Source of the DNA: a virus
Taxonomy: Duplodnaviria > Caudoviricetes
DNA length: 43,090 bases
IMG/VR virus record: IMGVR_UViG_3300030328_003813
Coordinates: 1-43,090 of that record
Reading direction: 5' to 3' (one strand)
This document shows positions 14,982-24,500 of the stretch, piece after piece (position 1 is the first letter of the stretch; every line of letters starts with the position of its first letter). Under the pieces are notes generated by a model. The model made no database searches. It was not told where the DNA came from and saw only the letters and a program-made list of their open reading frames with translations. Position numbers and translations under genes: made by a program.

Positions 14982-16022
14982 TTAGCTCAGGATATTCTCG
15001 AACCGGAACCCAGAAGCAGGAGCCGTCGAAACTACGTCGAAGTCGTCAACGACATGGCCCTCTGTGCGTCTGTCGTTTTCGTTGTCGTTCGTCCAGACGG
15101 TCATGTCCTCGAACAAGAACAAGTGAACAGTGCTGAACGAAGGTCCGCCGCTCTCGGCGACCAGGCTACCTGGTCGAGCCAGGAGGTAAGCATAGTCATT
15201 GTTTTGGATGAACGAACTTGCAAGCGTAGCGCCTCGCTTGCTGCTCACTCGCACCGCGTCCTCCACAACAATGTCGATGCCGTACAGCCGATCGGGAAGT
15301 TGATACTCTCCCCACTTGCCAGCGTCGCCAACGACCTGGCTGTAGGCGTCTGGCGAGCTCTTGATGTGTTCGACGATCTCCTGGCTCTCGCTCATCGCGT
15401 GAGCCGCATCTGGTGACAGCACCAGCTGCAAGTCTTTTCGGCGAACCACGGACAGCGTAGCCAGCATCACTTTTTCGACCGCGTAGGCGAGCGAGCGTTT
15501 GATGTCCTGGCGAGCACTCGTGGACTGATCCCAGTTTCCTGAGTTCCCAGGAATTGTCGTCACGTCAATCGAGTGACCGGTTGCCCAGGATCCTGCAGTC
15601 TCGAGCAAGCCATGCACACTTAACGTGCGAGCTGTCATCGCCTGCTGTGCCTTAATCCGGCTTTGCGACTCAATGATGTTCCAGTCAGCCTGCTCTGACG
15701 CTTTTCGGCCAATGGTAAAATCGTAGTCGTAACGCTCGGTTTCGTAGCCTTCAAATTTGAACGACTCGGTGCCGTTGTTCCGACTCGGGCGAGGCGCACC
15801 GTCCGGCCAAACGAACTCAGCCAGGTTGGCGTTCAGGACGCGAGCTGCTTCCTCTGGAGTAATCTTGAGGTAATAGCCCGCAGCCTTCTGCACGTTCGAG
15901 AGCTGGATATAGCTGTTCAGTGCGAACTCGTCTGGGTTGCGTGAAAACTCAGTAATGAGCCGACCTGATGCGTCCAGGTCTTTTACAAAAGTGTTATTTC
16001 CGCCTGGATATGCAATAGCCAT
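14982..16022 (-). CDS. Major capsid protein (346 aa)
   Basis: Position after the protease/scaffold and cement genes; size; HK97-fold-like motifs LVLSPDA and LPDRLYGIDIVV; AGGA SD. Confidence 0.85.
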   Translation of the reverse strand: MAIAYPGGNNTFVKDLDASGRLITEFSRNPDEFALNSYIQLSNVQKAAGYYLKITPEEAARVLNANLAEFVWPDGAPRPSRNNGTESFKFEGYETERYDYDFTIGRKASEQADWNIIESQSRIKAQQAMTARTLSVHGLLETAGSWATGHSIDVTTIPGNSGNWDQSTSARQDIKRSLAYAVEKVMLATLSVVRRKDLQLVLSPDAAHAMSESQEIVEHIKSSPDAYSQVVGDAGKWGEYQLPDRLYGIDIVVEDAVRVSSKRGATLASSFIQNNDYAYLLARPGSLVAESGGPSFSTVHLFLFEDMTVWTNDNENDRRTEGHVVDDFDVVSTAPASGFRFENILS

Positions 16023-16104
16023 ATCAAACTGTCCTATAAAATTTGGGGGGGTTAAATCTGTTTACAGTCCCGCCCCAGGACTGCTGTTAATTTTCGCAGT
16101 GTGG

Positions 16105-16497
16105 CTAGTTGACCTGCCCAGCAGTAACCAGCACTTTCGCGCGTGCTCCTGCTGCGGCACCAGTCGTGCACACTGCACTGTAGTTTTCACCAGTTCCTGC
16201 TGCGACTCCAAGGCCGGCAGCGTCGGGCTTTACAAAATCACCAGCGGTTAAACCGCCTGTGCCTACGATCACCTCACAACTTTCAGTTGCCTGGTAAACG
16301 CGTTTCGATTGCCCAGAGTAAACGGCGATCGTATCGTTGGCGTTCGGGATTGGCGTGTCCCATGCACTTTCGTGCATCACGCCGATTGCTTCGTCGCCGG
16401 CACCCGCTGTTTCTACCGTGTTGTCGCCGCTAATTTTGACGAACACACTGACGTTAATGTTTGCTGATGCCTGAAATTGTTGACCGTCGCCAGCCAT
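16105..16497 (-). CDS. Capsid cement/decoration protein, DUF2190-like (130 aa)
   Basis: Gly/Ala/Val-rich, AGAGDEAIGV...GGLTAGDFVKPDAAGLGV; sits between scaffold and capsid genes; GAGGTG SD. Confidence 0.75.
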   Translation of the reverse strand: MAGDGQQFQASANINVSVFVKISGDNTVETAGAGDEAIGVMHESAWDTPIPNANDTIAVYSGQSKRVYQATESCEVIVGTGGLTAGDFVKPDAAGLGVAAGTGENYSAVCTTGAAAGARAKVLVTAGQVN

Positions 16498-16545
16498 AAT
16501 TCACCTCGATTTCTTTGGTTTCATTGCCCCTACATAGACTGGAAA

Positions 16546-18462
16546 TTACTCAGCTGACAGCTGTGTTTTTGCTTTTTCGACTGCTTCTTGGTAGGTCAGA
16601 CGATTGCCTGATTTAATTCCTTGGTTCACCAGATCCAGCGCGGTATCAGCGACGCGAGCGGCGAACTTGTCACTTTTCACGTCGCCTGATCCCATGCCGT
16701 CGTATCCGAGGGGAATCATTGGCGACTGAGGTGCCGTGACAGCCGCGTACTGTTCGATCAGGGAAAGCCGAGAATCAAATTCTTCGTTTGTTGGAGCATT
16801 TTCGTTGTTTTTGTAGAGGCAGTGCTCCATTTCCTGCTTCAAGTCCACCGCGCTGTACCGATGCGCCAGGTTGGTCAAACGCTCTTTACGCTCGGCGTCG
16901 ATAGCGTGCTGCCGTAGCTGCACGACCTCGTGCTGCGTCGCGGCGTACATTTGCGCTTGCTCTGTTAGCAGGCTGTCATTGTGTTTCTTTAGCTGATTCA
17001 GCTCTTTACGCATTGATTGGTTTTCGGCGTGGATCGCTTGATATTGATCTCGGTTCATGTTTCCCTCGCTGGTGGAATCATATCGGTGATAGCCTGGCAC
17101 AGCGCCAAACTGTTGTCTCGGGGTCGCGGCCAGGTTTCCTTCACCTGGTCCTGCGAGAATCTTGGCTAAAATGCCCTGCTTTCTTGGCTGCTGTTGGCCT
17201 TGTCCTTGGCCCCGGTTCATCGCTTTTTGAGCTGCCATTGTTCCGGCTGTTTGCCCGGCTGCCTTGGCACCTTGCTGCAGTGCCATGCGTCCTGCTGCTG
17301 CGATGGCCGGCGCGACGTTTTGATCAATTTCTTCCTCTACAACTTCCTCCTCCATGCCAGGCCCCATCGGTGGCATCGCTTCGGCTCCCATGCCGGGATC
17401 GACCATCCCAGGATCCATCCCAGGATCCATTCCTGGATCCATTCCAGGATCCATGCCAGGATCCTCCATCGGTGGCTCTGGCATACCGCCGGCCATCGGA
17501 TCCATCATCCCTGGATCGCCTAGCTCGTTTTGCCCTGACATCACCGGCTGGTCTTGTCCTATAGCCTGCGCCGCTTCGCTAATTGCTTTCCATTCTTCCG
17601 TGCTCATCAGTGCGTTGAGCACTTCGCGTATCATGTCAGGATCCGCTGCGGTGTTGCCGTACATATCTTTACCTTGGTTTCTGTCGCGTTTTGTTTTCGA
17701 GTTTTTGCCAAACGTGTTCATCCCTCCAGGGAATACCGCGTTAAGCGCTGGCGTCGCGTCGTATCTTTCCACGGTTACAGCGTCGTCATTCTCCGCTGCA
17801 GCTGCGTATTGTGCTGTGGTTGGCAATGGCAGCCTGGGCGCTTCCGATAGTGCAGCTATTGGATCTATGTACCGCCTTCCGTTGGCCTTGAGCTGGAGCA
17901 CTTCCACGCTTCGATTTGGCCGATCCTGGAGCTGTTCCCGTCTGTCATTACGCTGCCACTCATTGGCAAAAATACCCCATCTCGGATTCTTTCTGCCCAT
18001 CATGCCGAGCCGGTAAGGACCGACAAATCCTAGATTTTTGGGTGGATCAGGATCGCGATATGGTGGGGGCAACGTGTGCTTGTCTACCAGGGCTGTGTAC
18101 GCATCCGTGTCCTGGATCCGGTGATTGTTTTCACGCACGATCCTGGTCAGCTCATTCAGATCGTAGTTCGTAATCTGCTCTTGCCCTTCCGCGTCATAGT
18201 TCACTTTTTCGTGTTCCATGAAAAACGGCCTCGGCGACGTTGCCGTGTACTGCTCGCCCGCAAAATAGCGATTAGCCTGATCGAGCAGCTGGTTGCCTTT
18301 TGAGCGGTCCCAGCTATTCCACACAGCCTGGTTTCGCTCTGCTGGATCCGGCACCTGATCCGCGAGCGCATGGTGAGCTCGGACAATAAAATCCTCCTCG
18401 GATTCCTGTTGTCCTGGTTGAATCGCCACCACTGGTTGCTGTACTGCATCCATGATTTTCAA
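16546..18462 (-). CDS. Mu gpI-like prohead protease-scaffold fusion (about 638 aa)
   Basis: N-terminal DKHT...LGFV...RPNRSVEV...IAALSEAPRLPL resembles the Mu-type protease (His/Ser); low-complexity linker; C-terminal coiled coil ending TYQEAVEKAK. The start may be the ATG three codons downstream. Confidence 0.7.
   Translation of the reverse strand: MKIMDAVQQPVVAIQPGQQESEEDFIVRAHHALADQVPDPAERNQAVWNSWDRSKGNQLLDQANRYFAGEQYTATSPRPFFMEHEKVNYDAEGQEQITNYDLNELTRIVRENNHRIQDTDAYTALVDKHTLPPPYRDPDPPKNLGFVGPYRLGMMGRKNPRWGIFANEWQRNDRREQLQDRPNRSVEVLQLKANGRRYIDPIAALSEAPRLPLPTTAQYAAAAENDDAVTVERYDATPALNAVFPGGMNTFGKNSKTKRDRNQGKDMYGNTAADPDMIREVLNALMSTEEWKAISEAAQAIGQDQPVMSGQNELGDPGMMDPMAGGMPEPPMEDPGMDPGMDPGMDPGMDPGMVDPGMGAEAMPPMGPGMEEEVVEEEIDQNVAPAIAAAGRMALQQGAKAAGQTAGTMAAQKAMNRGQGQGQQQPRKQGILAKILAGPGEGNLAATPRQQFGAVPGYHRYDSTSEGNMNRDQYQAIHAENQSMRKELNQLKKHNDSLLTEQAQMYAATQHEVVQLRQHAIDAERKERLTNLAHRYSAVDLKQEMEHCLYKNNENAPTNEEFDSRLSLIEQYAAVTAPQSPMIPLGYDGMGSGDVKSDKFAARVADTALDLVNQGIKSGNRLTYQEAVEKAKTQLSAE
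17392..17470 (-). repeat. 12-bp tandem repeat encoding (DPGM)n in the scaffold linker
   Basis: GGATCCATCCCA-type units; protein EDPGMDPGMDPGMDPGMDPGMVDPGM. Confidence 0.9.
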
Positions 18463-18496
18463 ATCCTATACGGTTTTTAGGTTCGACTGCAAGCTA

Positions 18497-18793
18497 TTAC
18501 GGCGTAATGGTTTTACCACTCTCCAGAGGGTCGCCCATATTAGCCTCGCAAAAGAATGCTGTCACTTTTCCCTCCAGGTGTTTCACGATCTCCTCGCACG
18601 CCCAGACAGCAGCGTCACCTTTGTCGGGTGTCCATTGCTCCCAGGACGCGTAGTGATTAGCAATATCCTGATACAGCTGATTCCCTTCTGATCCTACCCA
18701 GAAGCCGTCAGAATGCAGCAGTAGTACATAATTCCGGTGATCGAACGTGGCCAGGATCTCCAGTTCGTCCGCTTCGTCTTGTTCGTTTTTCAT
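18497..18793 (-). CDS. Small acidic protein (98 aa), possible inhibitor/partner of the upstream metallopeptidase
   Basis: ATGA overlap with the 919-aa gene; GAGGATTGCT leader. Function inferred from position only. Confidence 0.6.
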   Translation of the reverse strand: MKNEQDEADELEILATFDHRNYVLLLHSDGFWVGSEGNQLYQDIANHYASWEQWTPDKGDAAVWACEEIVKHLEGKVTAFFCEANMGDPLESGKTITP

Positions 18794-21549
18794 AGCAATC
18801 CTCTGAGTGATGCGATTGTGAAATTGAAGTGATCCGGTGATGCTTTTGCGAATGCGATCGGCTTTTCGTGCAGTGCCTGGATCCCCATTGATAGCACCTC
18901 CGACGCGTCAGCAGACCCGTAATATTTTCCTGTGTACGCACTCATAAAACCGTTTTTGCTGCCTACCTCATCTGCACGGGTGCCGCCGCCTACCCATTTG
19001 GTTTTGTGTTTTTGAATTGCCGCTGCCTCGAATGCTTTGGTTTTCCTGCCCTGGTCGGTTTCGCTGTCGAGTGTGTGGCCGAGCTCGTGCAGGAGTATGC
19101 CCTTCATTACCTGGCCGGGGTTCATGTTGATGGATGCACCTCGAGCAAACGACCGGTTTTTGTCGGTCGTGGCATAGTTCACGGTGTGATCTGCGAGCGC
19201 GCCGCCTGACCAGGTTTCGAGCGTCTGCACCGCGTCCGCGACGCGATCTTTTACAAAATCGGGCACGGTCGATCCGTACTTGATGTTAATTGCAGGAGGC
19301 TTGCCCTCTGCTCTGCGTCGATTGCTCGGCAGAGTCTTTATCCAGTCAGTCAATGCTGTGTATTGCTTGTCCCGTTCGTCAGATAGGTCTTGTTTCATTG
19401 AATCGTATTTTGCACGCCACTCCTTCCACACCTCGAAATCACTGTCGCTGACTTCCATTTTCAGGTGCTCATCCATTGCTTCCTGCTTTTTGTCTATTTC
19501 CTTCGTCAGTTTTTCATACCCTGCCAGGAACTTCTTGCGTTCCTTGTCCACATATTTGTTAGCCGCTGTTTTCAGCTTCCTGCCGAGTGTCGCACGCAAT
19601 CGGAACGTATCTGTTTGCTTGATGCCTTCCACTGTTGCGGAGGCTGTCACCGATTCCTTCTTTTTTTCGCGTTGATCAGCCGGCACCCAGGGGCTTTCGC
19701 GGTATTTCTCATAGGCACCCTCTGGCACATCCTCGCCTCGCTTCACGGCTTGCATCACTTTGCGGCGATGCTCTTTTAGCATTTCGCTGATCTGCTCCGA
19801 CGCAGCCCAGCCAGCTTTCTGATTAGTAAGCCAGAACGCGATCCCCTTTACCGGCATGTCCTGGTCCAGAGATTCGTGCATTGTGTTGCCGAGCCACGGC
19901 AGCGCGTTATACACGTCGTTGCTATAGAAATATTCCTTGGGGTTCAGTCCGTGCCGCTTCGCAGCTGCCTTAAATCCAGGTCGGTCGTTCTCGATTCCTT
20001 CCCACCACTCACTCGCTACCTTTGCCATGCTCTCCTTTTCTATATTCTGATGCACTCGCTGCAGGAACTTATCGCCCTCAGTTTTTCCGTTCAGCGTTGC
20101 TAGTCTTGCTTTCTCCTCTTTCAGAACCCTCGCCAGGAGCCATTCCTGTTGAGTCAGCGTACCTGGGTCTGCTGCCTCGAGCTCCTCCCTGGTTCCGTAC
20201 TTTTTGATTGCGTCCTTTATTTTCCTTCGCTTGTCTTTCCTGGGTTCGTACCCGATTGTGTTTTGCTTTGCTTTCAGCTTTTCCCTGGCGGATTCCATTT
20301 TTGGCGTCGTGGGACTGTTTCCCTTTGTCCATTGGCCTCCCCCTTTCTCGCCTTTCTTTTTTCGCGGCTGGTCCTTCCATGCCTTTCCTTTACCGTCAAA
20401 AAGTCTTTCCTGCTTGTCGCCTTTTGTGCGGAATTTCCCCGTGAACTCATCGTCCCACAATCCCAGTTGGCCAGCGTACCTGGCGACGGCTTCGCGGAAC
20501 GTCATGGCGCTAAATTCATCCACGGACTCGGTGACGGTCTCGGGGAATAACTCCGCAACCTGTGCCTTGATGTCGTCGTACAAATCCCAGTCGTCATCAG
20601 CAGCAGCATCGTTCGCCTGCCTCATTAGATCGCTGTATTGCTTGTCTCGATCGCGTTCCTCTTTAGATCGCTCATCTGGCTCCTCTGTGCCGGTCATGCG
20701 CTCGTAGGCTTCTGATAGCACATCTAGGTCGTATGCCTTCGGTGGCTGTGGTAGCGGCATCCTCAGAGCCTCCAGGACCACTTGCTCCGCTGGTATTTCA
20801 CCCCCGCTGTCGCGGGCCCAGCTAATGGCACCAGGGGGAAGGTAAGCAACCAGGTCATGGATTGCGCTCTGGTCGTTCTTCCATCCTCCTGAGCTGGCTA
20901 ATTCTGCCACTGCTTCATCAAATCCTCGGATTGAGCTTGCGTCGCTGGCTGATCTTGCTTGCGACTGTGCTCCCGTCAGCTTTCCGGCGTCACCAAACAC
21001 CTGGCGAAGTGCATCCTGCCCAGCCTGGATCATCTGAGTACGCTCAGAAACTACTTCATTTGCCACATCCAGCAGCTCTAGCAATTCGTCTTTGGTTGCA
21101 TCCTCTGGCAGAAACCTTCCGACGACTCGATCACGGAAACCAGGTGGCAGCCGCTTACGCTTCGTCTTGACTTGCTCATCGTCCTCGAGCCAGTCAGGAA
21201 TTTCCTCGTCACCAGGCGGCTCGGGCACGCTGTCCTCGAGCTTGCGCTGCTTTTCCGGCTTCCGCTTGAACTTGCCGGTAAATGGATCGTCGAACGTGCC
21301 TAGCTGGCCTGGGCTATCTCGATCCTGCTTTTTGCCCTTGCCTGGCTTCACCTGGCCTTGCTTAAAGTCTTTCCAGTATCCAGGGCTGTCGCTTTTCGGG
21401 TTGATTTTTCCGGAGTCGGTAACGAATATCGCCTGTTTTTTCCCGTCGCCGTCGGGATCCACGCTGATAAATTGTCCACCCTGGGGATTTGCTGCCTTGT
21501 ATTGGTCCAGGTAGGCAGCCACGCGTTGCGAAAAGGTGATTTTTGGCAT
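18790..21549 (-). CDS. Polyvalent head-associated protein with C-terminal zincin metallopeptidase (919 aa)
   Basis: HELGH at 19075-19089 followed by AYTGKYY...SEVLSMG; short phage-head motifs GGQFISV...IFVTDSGKI and WKDQPR...GGGQWT; AGGA SD. Confidence 0.75.
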   Translation of the reverse strand: MPKITFSQRVAAYLDQYKAANPQGGQFISVDPDGDGKKQAIFVTDSGKINPKSDSPGYWKDFKQGQVKPGKGKKQDRDSPGQLGTFDDPFTGKFKRKPEKQRKLEDSVPEPPGDEEIPDWLEDDEQVKTKRKRLPPGFRDRVVGRFLPEDATKDELLELLDVANEVVSERTQMIQAGQDALRQVFGDAGKLTGAQSQARSASDASSIRGFDEAVAELASSGGWKNDQSAIHDLVAYLPPGAISWARDSGGEIPAEQVVLEALRMPLPQPPKAYDLDVLSEAYERMTGTEEPDERSKEERDRDKQYSDLMRQANDAAADDDWDLYDDIKAQVAELFPETVTESVDEFSAMTFREAVARYAGQLGLWDDEFTGKFRTKGDKQERLFDGKGKAWKDQPRKKKGEKGGGQWTKGNSPTTPKMESAREKLKAKQNTIGYEPRKDKRRKIKDAIKKYGTREELEAADPGTLTQQEWLLARVLKEEKARLATLNGKTEGDKFLQRVHQNIEKESMAKVASEWWEGIENDRPGFKAAAKRHGLNPKEYFYSNDVYNALPWLGNTMHESLDQDMPVKGIAFWLTNQKAGWAASEQISEMLKEHRRKVMQAVKRGEDVPEGAYEKYRESPWVPADQREKKKESVTASATVEGIKQTDTFRLRATLGRKLKTAANKYVDKERKKFLAGYEKLTKEIDKKQEAMDEHLKMEVSDSDFEVWKEWRAKYDSMKQDLSDERDKQYTALTDWIKTLPSNRRRAEGKPPAINIKYGSTVPDFVKDRVADAVQTLETWSGGALADHTVNYATTDKNRSFARGASINMNPGQVMKGILLHELGHTLDSETDQGRKTKAFEAAAIQKHKTKWVGGGTRADEVGSKNGFMSAYTGKYYGSADASEVLSMGIQALHEKPIAFAKASPDHFNFTIASLRGLL

Positions 21550-21567
21550 TTCTAGTTCCTGATGAAA

Positions 21568-24500
21568 TTACGAGACTGCTGAATATACGAATTTTCCCGC
21601 TTGCTCGCCGATCTCTGCAAACTCGGGTGCGTGCGCGGATTTTACCTGGCGTCTAGTGAACGCGACAAACACGTCCGCAGGTTCCAGATCCCCGTGATCT
21701 ATATCCTCACCACCTTTGCCGCCGTGGTCGCGTAGGTCGCGGAAAACGACGCCATCAAAACCGCTTTCCTCGGCTAGATTAGCCAGATCCCTCGTTGTCG
21801 CGTCCCAGGGAATTTCGTAAATGATTTTTACCAGCTTCCTCAATACAGCGTCTCTATCGGCAAAAATTGCGGCATACCCTTCTCGTGCATTTTCTTCTTG
21901 TAGCATGTGTTCCTGGACACGTTCTGCCGCCGGCATGTTTCCCTCTGCATACGCTTGCTCGTACTGATCCTGCAGTCCAGGGCTGCGTTCGGGCAGTTTT
22001 TCCATTGTTTTTACAAGCGCACGCATCAGAGTCTGCGGAAATGTCGCGCTCATGCCTCGCATGTTTCCTACCGTTTCAGCCGCGTTCGCCATATTTTTTT
22101 GGAACTGGTCCCTTGCAATGTCCACCGCCTCGTAGCTGTCAAATAATTCTTCATAGTTATTTTGCCCCTCGAGTATGTCAAACAAATAACTTGCAGCTGT
22201 CGTTTGCAACACGCCAGTAATTTGCCTCTGGTGTTTTGTCATTTCCGGCCCTCTGAGTGGGTCGTCCATTCTGTCAGCCCTTTTTTGCATTAGCGATTGC
22301 ATTATGGGGCTATCCCATATCTCATCGCTGGTTTCTGGCATGAGTGGAATGCGATTCCAGTTTTCTCCGCGTCCGTCAACGATCATGGGGTTCGTCAGTC
22401 GGTACACGAGCGGGTACACGCCGCTGGTTCGCAAGCCAGCCGTATTGTCGCCAATCCAGCGATTCCACTTCACAACTAATTCCTCTGGAGTAGTTGCTGT
22501 CAAAACCTGGTCGCTGCTGTCCAATCTCGCGTGCACAGCAAATCCATCACCGTACTCCGCCAGGCGAAACTCTTTGGACGATCGCAGCGTGCGTTCAATG
22601 TCGTCCACGCTTGTGGCGAAGCAGGGTGTAATGTCGTCAGTCCATCCTCCGGTATATGTTGAACCCGTCCGCACACTGGTGGATCCATAAATGTGCTCTC
22701 CAACGTCAAACCTGGTGAAATCATTGAAACCGCCCTCCGTGGTTCCGTGGAAGATAATCAACGGCAGCCCTTCGTCATCGACCGCATAGTTGTCTCGCCC
22801 CCATTGCCAGTAGTTGGGGTTGCTGGCCACTTTCAGCTGCAGGTCTCGCAGCTGCCCCCGTGCGAGAGTGGTGAGGTTTGCGTTGTACTGCTCGCCGTTG
22901 ATTCCCTCCCACTGCTCGGCTGCTTCTTTCGCGTCATGCGCTGCGTCATAGTTATCAGCAACTTGGCTCAGCGATGCCATTAAAGAACGCATTTCCGGAG
23001 CGGCCTCAACTTGAATCATGTCCTGCAGTTCCGCTCGAAAATTCCTGTCCCGGTCGCCTTCCACACCCTTTCCAGGCATGTACGCGTCGGGAAGGTTTGT
23101 CTCAAGAACCGCGACCAGACCATTCAACTGATCCATTGCTACGTTATTTTCTCGCCACTCATTCCAATCGCGGAATGCCCATTCGTGCAAAGCATTATGG
23201 CCTTCGGGAATCCACAAATATTCTCTACCTTCGTCCTGGGATCCAAATTGGCTCGCAGCACTATCTGGCCAATGGATTGTGGCTACCTGCTTTCCCTGGT
23301 CCATCGGCTGATCGCCGATTAAAACTGGATCCTCCAAATCATGGACGTTGAAAATTAAGTTCTTGAAAATCATCGTCAGACTTTTGGCGTCGTTTTGATG
23401 GTCATACGGGTCGTATGGCATTGAGAAAACAAGAACTGACTCGCCGGTAAATGGATTCTGCATATACAGCTGCGATTCTTTCTCGCCGATTTCGTTTTGA
23501 CCTACCTTGGCGGTGTATTCCAATTCCTTTGTAGCAGGCGCGGTTTCGGAAATGTTTTGCCTGGTTAGTCGCACCTGTTCGGCTAGGACGTTATACGAGT
23601 CGTTCAGCCTCGCGTTGGCTGCGATTGTGTTGTCCTGTAGCTGCTTCTTCTCAGTGTCCAGGCCGCGAATTGTTTTCTGCGAATCGCTCATTTGTTTCTG
23701 CACGACGCCGATTTGTTCTTTTGCGTGTCGTACCTGGCTGCTCACCCAGTTGTTGATCTTATACGCCTTTCCTGTCGCGTCCTGGCTGCCGAGCTCGTCC
23801 GTTGCTGCTACGCCCTGGATATGTTTTTTGGGCACTCGGAACACCCTTGTGTGATCCTCATAATCGTGTTCCAGGTTGTTTCGCATTTCCTCCATGCGAT
23901 CGCGAGTCTCTGTAGCTTCTGCTAGGTCTGCTTGCATTTGTTCCCAGCTGCTCGTCACCCAGGGTTCGCTCTCGTCCCACACTGCATCCCCCCAGTCGTT
24001 TTCAAACTCTTCGGCGCTTGCTTCCATCTCCATAACTCGCCGTTCCTGCTTCGCCAGTTCCTGGTCTAATCGCGATCCTGCGCCCTGGCCAACCATTCGT
24101 TGCCACTCCTCCACGCCAGACTTTTCAGTGAGGAACACGTTGCCCTTGATGTTAAATTCCAGGTTGCTGTCAAAATTGCTACTCTGGTTCGGCTTCAATC
24201 CTTGTTTTGCGACTGCATCAGCAACACTTACCGGAGCGATGTGATACAGGTAATCATCATCCTCCCAGCCTGTGAGCTGCTTTGGCTGCTCTGGAAATGC
24301 CAGCTCGTAATGCTTTTCTGCTTGCTTGAATAACTGCGAAGCCCCTTCGCCTTCGTAGTTTTTCAGAGCGTTGTATCCCAGGCGAGCCATGTTATTTGTC
24401 CAGTTTTCTTGCTGTTGCGGCGTAAGGTCATCCGTTTTCAGCAACTGCCCAAGCGGATCCTTGGGACTCTTATCGTATTCCTCAAATTTGCTTGCCAGCC

